This document shows positions 13,088-25,212 of a stretch of 64,000 bases of DNA, in pieces. Position 1 is the first letter of the stretch. Each line of letters starts with the position of its first letter. This DNA comes from Trichoplax adhaerens. Lineage: Eukaryota; Animalia; Placozoa. The notes beneath the pieces were generated by a model. The model saw only the letters and a program-made list of their open reading frames with translations, ran no database searches and was not told where the DNA came from. Where the stretch lies: positions 1,419,199 through 1,483,198 of the forward strand of contig NW_002060947.1 of assembly GCF_000150275.1 (NCBI RefSeq). Direction: 5' to 3'. Position numbers and translations under genes: made by a program.

Positions 13088-15648
13088 TTAATTAGCAACT
13101 ATTTTAAGGTTCTTCTCCAAGTGGAACTTGACATATTCATAAGTCGCAAATATAATAGCCGTATTTGGCACTGAACGAATTAGTTGCAGTGAGAGTCCAC
13201 CGTATAGTCCAATTCTACCTTCTTCTCGAGCAATTTTTGTTAAAGTTTGATAGAATGTGTTATATCTACCACGACTACCTTTTTCTCGTAGTCTGGTTCG
13301 GACAACCTACAATATTATCGATAGTGTTTGTAAAAATAAGAATTTATTCATATCGGTTTTGCTAGCTAGCAAAAGACGAATCCATACTAATTGACTGACT
13401 TCAGCAACACAGAAATACTCTCAGTATAGTTGCTATATACAATATTAAAAGTATCATAGCCAACTTGTAAAATTGATGAAGCATCAAGCACGAAGCGGAG
13501 TATAATACTGTATGTGATCTATAACATGATTACCTCATACGGATAGGTCGAAATTGATGCTACAGCCTTGCTTATTGCAGCGGCAACGGTGTAATTACCA
13601 AATGTACTTGCTGAAATGGATTGATCACCGCGTTTTCGAGAAATTATCTTTTTTAGCCATTCATAGATTACAAAATAAACCATACTCTCTGATATGCCTA
13701 TGATTTAACGATAGTATGTCCAAATTATTATGTATTCGCTATACTTGATAGATATAATGTTGTATCATTTATTGTTGTTAACAAAGTAATAGGTTGGAGA
13801 ATATTAAAAATAATGGAAACGATATTATTTGTAGAATGTTGTCTACAGTATAGGGTATTGTAGCCTTCAAAACGTCAATAAATAATTTATTAATCCAAAT
13901 AAATTGCTGTTACGGAGCTTGATGGTCCTTGTTAAGAGGCTAGTAGTAGAGTGGTAATGGTAATGCGTACTATATAATTTAATGTGATCGATTAGCACCG
14001 GGGTATTTGTGTGACATTGGAGATTGTATTTACGTAAGTCTGATTATTCATTTTTAATCTCAGTTCCACTGAGGCTACGCTAGAGTACACTGGTAGTCAA
14101 TTGTAATAGTTAGTAATAACTCTATTTATGAACCTAAACCTATGGTTGGACTCGATCTCTATAGTATAGGAATAAGTAAGTTTTCCTTTGGTGAGAATGA
14201 GCAGAGTTAGTCGGGGAACCGTCAGAGTAGATAGTTTCCTTTGGGTTCGATCACGAAAGCTGTTTTGTGACAGTCGCACCAATCTCTAGCGGCAATTTCT
14301 GTTAATGTGAATTAGAAAAACTTCAATCTTACTATAGCTACTACTGTAGTAAGTCGATTTAGCTAGTTTACCATCGTGGTATCATGTAAACTATCCTTGT
14401 GTACTGCAATAGAGTTCATTAAAAGGGAGTGTAAGCGATTTCTGGACACCATGAGGCGCTGTCTTTCACGGTGTTTTCTTGACAATCTCAGTATGGTTAG
14501 GATAGGATTGATAGCAATCTGGTCATCGTTCATCTTACAGTATCCACTTTAGCTTTTCAAAGCATTACCTGATTGAATTTTTTGATGAATAAGGCGATTG
14601 TACTGGCAGTATAATATCACTTTATGCAAAGCATAGACTACTACAAGATTTCTTTGGAATAATCTTTGACACAGACGAATGGTTTGACTAGCTATGGTGC
14701 GTGCATCTGGATAACTTGGCGCTGGTGCAACTACTTTACAACTGACTACACCTTAGCCAATCCTGTGTACAACTTGGGATAACTGTTTGTACGTGTACTT
14801 TCGTTGTAAACAAGAAATAATCGCGGAATTCAGTCATGGAAATCAATGATTCAATTGAATCATTTGTCAATTTTAGACGCTATCTTACGTGTACCCTATT
14901 TAAAGCTCATCATAACGATCATTACTATATCAAGTTGAGCGATCTTTGGATTCTATTTCAATCAAGAGCGATTGATTAGTAGTATGTCGCAATCCCTAAG
15001 TGGTTGTGGCTACAGTAACTACGCGTAGACTGCTCTACCTCAGTTGAATATGGAGCGTACAATTGTCCCTTTTGAAGTAAAATGGCGATTGTTACCTATA
15101 TAAGAAGCAGTCAGGCCACGATAAAAGCCACGCCATCCATCAGATTGATAAATTTGTTGGCAGCAAGTTTTGACGGGTAAAATTTGATTTTTAGTATCGA
15201 TATGCAATTGCATTCGTGTCTTGACCACCCAAAGTGGACTCATGATAGTACATGTCAAGAAAGTGCCAGTGGCAGCGGATAAGCCATGGGTTATGGAAGC
15301 ATCTTTAGGCAAGTCATTGGAGAAAAAACTTTTGGAAGCATCATAGGAAGCTAAATATAACGCACGAGTTGGTGCAACACCAGCTAACGTAGGTATTAAA
15401 CCTTTAAAAAAAGCAGTAGGTCCTTCTGTGGCTAANATATACCGTATCCAGCCAACTAAAGTAGTCGATGTTGGTAATGTCGCGGTAGCGGTCACCATAT
15501 TGGATGGCAGATGGAGTGAACGAATACTGGCTGTCGACGATTGGCCGCGTGTTTTCAATACTTCCAAAGGCATGGTTGCTACAGCGCCTAAAGTACCGCC
15601 AAGACCGCCAGCCACAAGATTGATAATAAATTGACGATTATCCTGCAT
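13088..15648 (-). CDS. SLC25A36: Mitochondrial pyrimidine nucleotide carrier (SLC25A33/SLC25A36/Rim2 family), 3 exons
   Basis: Exons 15648-15096, 13697-13534 and 13306-13088. Three carrier repeats with PLEVLKTR, PLWVVKTRMQ and PYEVVRTRLRE. Family-typical GLIPTLAGVAPTRALY, GLTASYIGISES and QLIRSVPNTAI. The N at 15436 gives codon ATN (Ile or Met). Confidence 0.92.
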
Positions 15649-16726
15649 GATTGTCCTACTTTTGGCAAGATTGCTTCAATCATCAAGACGTTTCCTTCCA
15701 ACGACTTCTACTCCTCTACTCGTCTTATTGTAACTTTGCCATTTTACAAATCTTCATCCAAAACTATCACACTACGCTAATAGAATTTCATCATCTTGTC
15801 ATCCAATGACTCAATCGATTATCCACTACAACAGATCTTGATTCTATTCAACAAGATTGCTTTCCTCTCTAATAGACGACGACCATCGATTTCATTAATT
15901 AGATGGATGCGTTGAACCAAGTCGGTTGGCCATCATTTTTTTTTCCCCTTCTTTGCGCAAACAGCCACCCCAACGTTACTGCACTGCCGTCGAGTATGTT
16001 GATACTAGTCTGCCTAGTGGATACTAACCGATGTACTGACGGATGGACATGATACTGACCGATGCCAGCGCCCACGACAGTATCACTATCGCTTTGTGTT
16101 GATTTGACCGGAGTGGTTGACGCTTGAAGAGGTGTAACGTAGGCGATGTCACTCGCTACAGGTCAGCTTATTGGCTTCTAAACAGTGTACTGTACTGTAG
16201 AGTCAGCAGTACAGTGGACCACGTTCGATCGAGTGGTTCATTCCAGCGCGGGAGCAACAACGCTTTCATTGACCTCTTGATCAGATCGTGGTACTCTACG
16301 GTACGTAGGCACGACGCAATGCCATTTGGGTCGAACTTTGCTTGTGTAGTGCTGTACTGTACACTGTACACTGTACAGTAGGGCCAGGCATCATAACCCC
16401 CATTAATCAGCTACTCAGCGTCAATAGCTTCAACAATGATGCTTTATTCTCGGAGTGTATACAGTGTCGATCCAGTCGAGACTATACATCTGACGAGAAA
16501 CTTTTTGCCCCATTCAAAATTCTGATGCAATTTTTTTTTTGTCCACCGCCCACCGACTGGTACAGTACTCAGTACTGTACTGTACTGTACTACCGACTCG
16601 TCGAAATTCCAAAGTGCTTTCGACTAGTCCACAACAGTATCGTACTATGATTGGTTGGTTTTTTTCTTGGCCGTGGTACGTCACAGTTGATTCATGCAAT
16701 TATTGACGTCAACGCATCAACTGGTC

Positions 16727-17170
16727 TTTGTTTCAACCATGGTTGATTCATTCTGTCGAGTCAATCGAATCAGGCTGACGTACACTCATGCAAGATCAAG
16801 CGATTTGTTTCAACCATGGTTGATTCATTCTGTCGAGTCAATCGAATCAGGCTGACGTACACTCATACACGATCAAGCGATTTGTTTCAACCATGGTTGA
16901 TTCATTCTGTCGAGTCAATCGAATCAGGCTGACGTACACTCATACACGATCAAGCGATTTGTTTCAACCATGGTTGATTCATTCTGTCGAGTCAATCGAA
17001 TCAGGCTGACGTACACTCATACACGATCAAGCGATTTGTTTCAACCATGGTTGATTCATTCTGTCGAGTCTTGTACGATCAAGCGGTTTGTTTCAACCAT
17101 GGTTGATTCATTCTGTCGAGTCAATCGAATCAGGCTGACGCACAGTACACTCATGCATGATCAAGCGATT
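16727..17170. repeat. 77-bp tandem repeat (4 full copies, 1 internally deleted copy, 1 variant copy)
   Basis: Units start at 16727, 16804, 16881, 16958, 17035 and 17087. Each contains the palindrome TCAACCATGGTTGA. Confidence 0.97.
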
Positions 17171-17511
17171 TCATCCAGATGAACGAGTAAATCCACTTCA
17201 AGATACTGCAGGAGGATCAACAAGATGAGAACAGTAGTCCAATTCGTCTGTTCCTTATTGATGTCAAACAGATTGATGATCAAGGTACCGTCGTGTAGAA
17301 TCACTTGATCAATCAGCTAGGACTAAGAAAACTGCTGTACTCTTATCACTGTCACAAGAGTTGAATAAACTGTAAAGTTGTTCTAATCAACACAAGACAG
17401 TACGCTATGACTGCATCCACTGCTAGAAGAAGACTATCTTCAACAAGCCCATGACCGATGGACGCTAGACAGTGTGAGTGCACTAGGATTGTATGGAGCA
17501 CTGCATACCGT

Positions 17512-17785
17512 ACGGCTGACAGTACGAGCGGTGAAACCCACGGACGGCTGATAGTACGAGCGGTGAAACCCACCGACGGCTGACAGTACGAGCAGTGAAA
17601 ACCCACCAACGGCTGACAGTACGAGCGGTGAAAACCCACCGACGGCTGACAGTACGAACGGTGAAAGCCCACCGACGGCTGACAGTACGAGCGGTGAAAC
17701 CCACCGACGGCTGACAATACGAACGGTGAAACCCACCGACGGCTGACAGTACGAACGGTGAAAACCCACCGACGGCTGACAGTAC
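17512..17785. repeat. GC-rich 32-33-bp minisatellite, ~8.4 copies
   Basis: Unit ACGGCTGACAGTACGAGCGGTGAAA(A)CCCACCG starts at 17512, 17544, 17576, 17609, 17642, 17675, 17707, 17739 and 17772. No spacers between units. Confidence 0.97.
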
Positions 17786-18605
17786 TAGTAAGGTGACGGG
17801 GCTACTGTAGTGTACTGTACTGTACACCGATTGTCAACTACAGTACAGTATAATGTACTGTACATTGTACAATCATTCATTTCCAGGTCAAGCTATTGCT
17901 GATTTGTCAACGGCCCTCAAAGGCCATCCGAAAGGGCATCCGAAGCCTTCCGAAGCCATCGACCCATAGGGTAGGACGGAATGAATTAGACGATGTTGTC
18001 CATGGTCGTCTAAAATTCATCACACCCAACTCAACTCGGACTCTCTTCGCTCTCTCCAGGTAGAGTATGTTTCCTTAAAGTTGGCATAACTGAGAAGTAG
18101 TAGGACGTCCTTGCAAAGTCAAGGAAGGAGTCATGAAGATGAGCATTACAATGACTCTATGTCTCGCTGTGCAACGTGCAATGTGCATTGCTTCTCCTCT
18201 CACTTGGCATGACTGGCCACTTGCGTAAAGTCAATAGTCTATCAAATTGTTATCCATTCAACTAGCATACTCATACTCACAGACTGTATCAATGCCAGGC
18301 TTCTGTACTAGAGTTTTTTTTTCAAATGGATAGCAATGGATGGCAAAAACCAGCATTACAGTATCTACTGCAGTATACGTTTATGCCATGATAATAGGAT
18401 AGCTCCATCCTAGATGCATACGACGTGCCATACATGCAGCTATTCCATGCGCCAATTCAAATAGAGTAGAAAGCAATTCATTGATTCACTGCTAAACAAC
18501 ATGAATGCTTGGCTTATTATGTAGGAAATGCAATTGTCGCTAAATGGCTAATGGACCCTATTCAATCACCAACTGCCTTCATTTGAGCTGTTGAATGCTG
18601 CAACG

Positions 18606-19757
18606 ATGAGTGAATATGACCTATACGAAGTCTTGAAAGTCAATCCTACGGCATCATTGGAAGAAATCAAGCGCAGTTACCATTCCTTAGTCAAGCAAGT
18701 AAGCAAGTCATACTATTTGTACTTAGTACGCTATTGCTAACGATGACACTGTGACAACTTGACACTTTCATGACAAACTAAACATGCGTTCTTGTTCACA
18801 ACGGTATTAGTGGCATCCTGATAAACTCGACTGTAATTCAGCAGAGAATGATGTAGCCTCCGCTATATATGACAGAATCGATAAAGCATGGCAGACTCTA
18901 AGTAAGGACGAATTACGCAAAAAGTACGATCAACAAAGGAGAGGTATTCATTCTATATCCTTATATCAAACTCGACTGCTTGCTTTCATGCCAATAACTA
19001 GACTGTCGCATGGAACGCTTTCTGAAAAAAAAAAATCCGCACATCTGATGAAGGAATTAACTTGCGCTTAATTTTGACTAGAATAATAGAGAGTCATCTT
19101 TATATGACTCGACGTTATCTAAACTACAAACTGCTTAGAAATACAGTCTAGGATTTTAAAGTACATGAACTAACATGTAATTAGGACATCGGCTAATTCC
19201 AAATAAATTACCATCCTCAAGTCACATGCGTTTGTTTGATTGTTTGTTGATAGAAGTAAAAGTAAGGCAGGAATACCCCATTAATGACGATATCGATATC
19301 GATGATATGGAATATCATGAAGGTAATCAACATATTAAAATCACTAATAATATCATTCTATTGATTGTAATAGCTTTTATTGTAATCATTGGCTATCTAA
19401 CAATTTCCGAGAACGGATAGCGTCATCCACTGACTGATAGTGATGTCATATTTACTGTGATCGTCTATCCAATACCTTTTTTAAAATGAGTTTGATGTAA
19501 TGAATGCTTTCAGTATTGTAGTTCATGTAATTGGCTTGAAAACTTATTGACACTCACTGATCGTATGTTGATAATGTTATGTCTTTACCCCAGATGGCAA
19601 TTATTCCTATGATTGTAGATGTGGAGGGTGTTACATTATATCGGAAAATAACTTGGAAGCTGGCATCGATATTGCTCCATGTACGACTTGTACTTTAGCT
19701 GTTAGAGTTTTATATTCTGTCATAAACGACAGTGACGGCGACAATTGCCCAGTTTAA
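18606..19757 (+). CDS. DNAJC24: DnaJ subfamily C member 24 / Dph4 (J domain plus CSL zinc finger, diphthamide synthesis), 4 exons
   Basis: Exons ~18606-18698, 18811-18943, 19253-19322 and 19593-19757. MSEYDLYEVLKV...IKRSYH, WHPDK, IDKAWQTL...RKKYD, DIDIDDM, YDCRCGG...CTTCTLAVRV. Confidence 0.93.
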
Positions 19758-22663
19758 AGATCTGCTAAGAATCGCAATGGGTAAAACCCCAGTTGAATTG
19801 CATTTGGTAAAGTATGCATTTATCCCGAGTTGGACTTACAAACCTAATTATGTTCTGTATGCACTTTTATTGTATTATTAGCTGTTATATAGCTTGCTAA
19901 CTTGTAAGAATTTCTAGTGATGGAAAATCGTAATATTTGAGAATATAATGTTTGTTATATTCAATCTGAGTAATGTGTGCAATCTATTACAATACCAATA
20001 GACTGCATGATTTTATTATGATACACGTTGTATATAAGTATGGACGCATATTATGATGAATTTCTATGGAGTATATTTTACAATTAATTTTTTTAACAAT
20101 TTATTCATTTCATGTTTTTACGTGTATATATATATAAATTACTAATTGAAATACTGTTGTCCGTTTCATAAGACATTCAAGTACTCTATAATGGACTAAA
20201 AATGGGTAACAATTTTTAAAATTGATATTCTTATAAGCTAATCCTTAGTTAACTGATAATTCCATATACGATGTAAGCAACAAAAATCTTCTTGCTTGCA
20301 GCCTTGAGGGAGACTTGGCGGCCCAATTTACAGCTTACATTTGTTTCTCTTGTGTCTCATAAAGATTGCAAGATTCATACGTGGGAACGTGGATCTTGCT
20401 TAATCCTATGCATTATATACGTTGTGATTGACCAAAAACCCAGTTTAAAGTATCAAAATTCAAGTACAACTTGGATTTTAGATAGAAACACCACGCTAAT
20501 AAGATACCAATGCCCTTATAATACTGTACACGGTACAATGCTATAACGCAGCATTGCAAGATGCTGTGTGTTGTTGATCGATTGCTGCTATGCCGTTTAC
20601 GAACTTTTAAGCAATCCATCAATGTCACAAGAGATCATTTCCAATAGCAATTATTATTTTCTACTGATTTGCCTCTAAGTAGCGATGCGGAATGATTGTT
20701 TTTCTCTGTCGCCCTATAACATTACGCTACATCCATGATCTCATGGTATTAATTGAGCAGAGTTCAAATTTTGTAATATTCAATACTTACGGCACCAATT
20801 TATCATTGGAAACAAGTAAAATATTTCCCTCTAGCTCGGTAAACTACGCCTTGCATAAAAGAAATGAATAAAGGTTGTCATGAAGGCGATATAAACCTAT
20901 TTATAGGTCATCAAAATTTAATTAAATTTACGGAGACGAATAACATAGCCTAGTCAGTAATTTCTATAGCATATTCACCCCACAGCATACCAAAATAATC
21001 CGAAATAGACGCAGTACTTGAACAACATAAACAGAAGAGCACACGTTGTTCAATAAAGGTCATATTTGCATTGTAAGTATATTACTTACCTTTTGTCGTA
21101 TACTTTCATATCTTGTAGGTTTCATGAATATTGAGAAGCAGATAACAAATCCTTTAGTATTTATGGCCAAGTATTTTTGTTTTCATTATGCTTGGAAAGC
21201 TTTTAATATTTGATGGAGAAATAATCATCCCATCGACGTGAATAAAATAATGGAATGATTTTAGAATTTGATTACTTTTCATGAATATACTGTCCAATGA
21301 TACAATATAAATTGGCGAAACAGCTCATATCTACGCCCCCCCCCAAAAATTTATCAGTCATACGACGTCGTATATCTATTCGATTTGACGGTATTGCCGA
21401 AACCATTTTTAGCTAGTGAACTAGAATAATTTCAATGGATAACCTACTGCACCCTCTACTCTGTTACTAACTTCAGTAAATTATAAGCTTTGCTTTGTAT
21501 CTAAGCACATCTGTGGTATTCCTCTTTACAAGATCATCTATGAGAGGAGTAAATTGATGGGTAGGCAGGCATTTTAAAATATCGGCTACCGTATTAATGC
21601 TCTGAGAATGGAATTGAAAGAAGTTAATCACTCAACAGAATACGCGTATATTAAATAACATCATGTCTTGGTAGCAATGCACAGCTAAGTGGTATATGAC
21701 ATCGGCTAGTAATGAATTAATTGATTAATAATTAATTGGAAATAACTACCTATCATTAAGAAATCAAGTTCTTATTTATTGTAGTGTACACTGAGCAATG
21801 GATACGATTAACTTGGGGTTCAGCCCTATTTCATCTGAACTTTTATTATTATTTTAATTAATTAATTGTTATAATCAACTAATAATTAATTAATAAAATA
21901 CGGTCTTGCAAAAGGATAAAGGCCACCAAAAAATAAACCCGTTTAAGTAAACACCAGGAATGATTAAGATAAATTGTAAAAGTCAAGGGCATCAATGATA
22001 AGGTAAAGCTTTCTCTCTAACTTTAACACTTTCTTTACGCTCTCTACTGACGCATCACACAAGAAGAGAAGATAAATTAAATTAATAAGCAGGAAATCGA
22101 CTATCTATATGAGCATTGGTATAGCAAATTACAGTAGCCATATTACCTATATTATTGACTTTCAAAATGATAGTGCGGTCATTCATCACTTATTGCTCTC
22201 TACAAGCTATCTAGCTTGTAGTGTACGTAGATATACTTTCAACGTCGATGGACACTGTTTGAGCGCATTTGAATTTATTGGCGATTTTATGTCTATTATT
22301 TGAAAACAAGTTCAAGTTTAGACTACAGCACTACTGTACTTTAATTAGGATTGATTGTGTTGACTTTATCATTGTTCCGTCAAGATCTCGAAATAACAGA
22401 CGTAACACTATCAATTTCATCGAAATCCACAGCTAAAACTCACACAATCATATTGCATGTCGTTGATTTTATTTATTGAAAGTATGCAGATAGATCTGAC
22501 AACATGAACAATATTGAATACTCGTATGGAACGTGACAGTTAAACGCTAACTCTAAAAAAGGTCCAATTATCCTGACAATTTTGTATACAGTACAGTATG
22601 TATTACAGTAAATTGGCGTCTGCTGAAATTGCTCTAAATTAATCCATCTAGTTTACCATTCTT

Positions 22664-23309
22664 ACTTGATCGATTGCTTATTATTGCTATTTAAAAACCA
22701 GCGCGATTTATGGTTGCTATCCAATTGGCAGTCAGTCCATTGCGCAGTAGAACTACATTTGACAGCTCTTGTGTCAAATAGATGTCGTACCGTTGAATAT
22801 ACAATTGTAGAAAAGATACTGCTCGTGTATATCTATCGTCCATCACTTGATCGATTGCTTATTATTGCTATTTAAAACCTGCGAAATTTATGGTTGCTAT
22901 CCAATTGGCAGTCAGTCCATTGCGCAGTAGAACTACATTTGACAGCTCTTGTGTAAAATAGATGTCGTACCGTTAAAAACCTTGGAGATTCATGGTTGCT
23001 ATCCAATTGGCAGTCAGTCCATTGCGAAGTAGAACTACATTTGACAGCTCTTGTGTAAAATAGATGTCTTACCGTTGAATGTACAATTGTAGAAAAGATA
23101 CTGCTCGTGTATATCTATCGTCCATCACTTGATCGATTGCTTATTATTGCTATTTAAAAACCTGCGAAATTTATGGTTGCTATCCAATTGGCAGTCAGTC
23201 CATTGCGAAGTAGAACTACATTTGACAGCTCTTGTGTAAAATAGATGTCGTAAGCTAAGTCAGTCATAAGAGTCCAACAAAGAAATTGCTACGACATCTA
23301 TTTTACACA
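22664..23309. repeat. ~181-bp tandem repeat (4 copies of the core) ending in a 20-bp inverted repeat
   Basis: ACTTGATCGATTGCTTATT at 22664, 22845 and 23127. Core ATGGTTGCTATCCAATTGGCAGTCAGTCCATTGCG occurs 4 times. Inverted arms at 23233-23252 and 23290-23309. Confidence 0.95.
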
Positions 23310-25212
23310 TTTTGTCTTGCTAACCATGGAGGAAGATTCATCGGTCTACTGCTGGCCTTGAGCACCTGGAGAATAGGATGGTGCATGCATAATGACATAT
23401 TGTGGTAATCATGATGTGCTCTATTTGTTTTAGTGCCTATATTGTAGAAGTTGCATGACCTATTTGTTGTTTCTTTCCTTCAACTTTGCCTGTCCTTGAT
23501 ACGAGTGGACAGTTCTGTTGAAGGGTCTGTCGTCTGTTGATGTTTTCGGACCTTGCCTCCTGTTCATTATTGATCTCATGGAGTCCGAATTTAAAGTACT
23601 GGATACTAACATGAAGGACTTTTTTTGTGTGTGAGGAATCCTTACTGGTGTGCTGTGCGATATGCAGTAGTATTCAAATATACTGTATATCGACCAGTAT
23701 TTCTACGTATATATATATTCAGTCCTATGATACAGTAATATACTGTATATTATTAATGTATATACATGCACCATGTTGAAAAAAGCGATACTTGCATGAG
23801 CAATTGAACTTGGATGAAATGATTTCAACATCTCTCATGGACAAGTATTTCATAGCATATAAAACTACACCGTATAGTCTTGTATGAAATAGTGGAGAAT
23901 AAGCATTGTCAATTTATCAATGAGTGTCCAGTGTACAGTATGGTCCAAGCCTGGAAACCTTCCCTCTCTCATTATGCAGATAAAATAATTATTACCATCA
24001 TTCTATAATCAACTGATGCATCAATGAGGAATACTCATATTATCCAAGTGATTAATTCAATTAACTTGAATTGAATAGTGTGAGCCATAGTACAATAGAA
24101 ATGGTATAAAATTGATCCAATATTGAGCTAGTCGCTGATGAAAGGAAGACTATCCTTGCCCAGTGGAGTCTATGGTAAACCAAGCCATCTTGACAATAAT
24201 CCACTAATCTCCACCGTTGCAACAGATGCAAGGACAACATGACATCCTCTACCAAGTGCAACAAGCCATGATGGCCTGCTCAACCTAATCCAACACAAAT
24301 CATGCTTCTCATGATGGCCAATCTCTACCTCCTTTTGCTCATCAGGCTCATATTGACAGCAAGAAAGTAATTCTTGCTATGCCGCCGCCATCATGCCCCC
24401 CAATAAAAAAAAAAAATAAAGTTAACAATGCTTTTGAAAAGATGCAATATCATTGTGCCCTTGTGTACATTGCAGAAACAATCATATTATATTATCATAT
24501 CTATTGTTTATTAATCAAGATTTTACGTACTAAAAGCATTAAGAATCGATTGGCAATACGTATTCTAGTCAATAATAATTTGCAGGATACAATACGTATT
24601 TGGACATCCATTGCTTATGTAAAAGGATTGATTCTTATTCTTACAACGTATAGAATAATTGATTGCAAGGTGAAGAACGCGGAAGGCGACTGCCATGCTA
24701 GTTGATATTGCACTGGATATCCAGTTGGATTGATTGAAACTAGTTTGTAGTAGATAGTGATCGAGTCGAATTTCATTTTCGTCTCTTGCTCCAATACAAG
24801 TCCTCATCGAGAACACCGTTCATTATGACAAATCCATGGCAATACGTTGCATCATCTGTTGATTTGGAGTACAAGGATTAGACTTTGGTGTCATTGCAAA
24901 GGCAGAACGTATTGACTCCACGGTTGGATTGATCTGATCGATTACAAGGTGAAAAAAAAAGAAAAAAAAAGTGGATTATTGTTTTTTTTCTTTCCTTGAT
25001 TTCATCCTCCTTTCCTACTTGTCATCGTCTTCATGTATTGCGTATGAGGAAGAGTAAAACGAGGAGAAAAATGCCTTGTTATTAGCTACTCATGTTGTAG
25101 ACGATCGTTGGTCATCATTGGATCTACCAACTGCAATCTACTTCACTGCATTCGATCGATGATTGTCGACATCAAGACTGGCTAAACGAGTAAAGAGAGA
25201 CATCGAAAAAGA

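Larger units (their letters stand above)
15649..18605. promoter_or_regulatory. Divergent (head-to-head) promoter interval between the SLC25A33/36 gene and DNAJC24
   Basis: ATGs lie on opposite strands ~2.96 kb apart. The interval is CpG-richer and holds two tandem arrays and TACAGTA clusters. TSS positions are not determined. Confidence 0.6.

Noticed and set aside
14040-14300. Intronic snoRNA or RNase MRP in the SLC25 intron
   Set aside because: Only short hairpins and a small direct repeat. No convincing C/D, H/ACA or P4 motifs.
16485-16505. Hammerhead-like CTGACGA-GAAAC
   Set aside because: No stem II and no suitable stems I and III.
17512-17785. CRISPR array, and ORFs 17352-17827
   Set aside because: Units are contiguous with no unique spacers, there are no cas genes and the context is eukaryotic. 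The ORFs are repeat translations.
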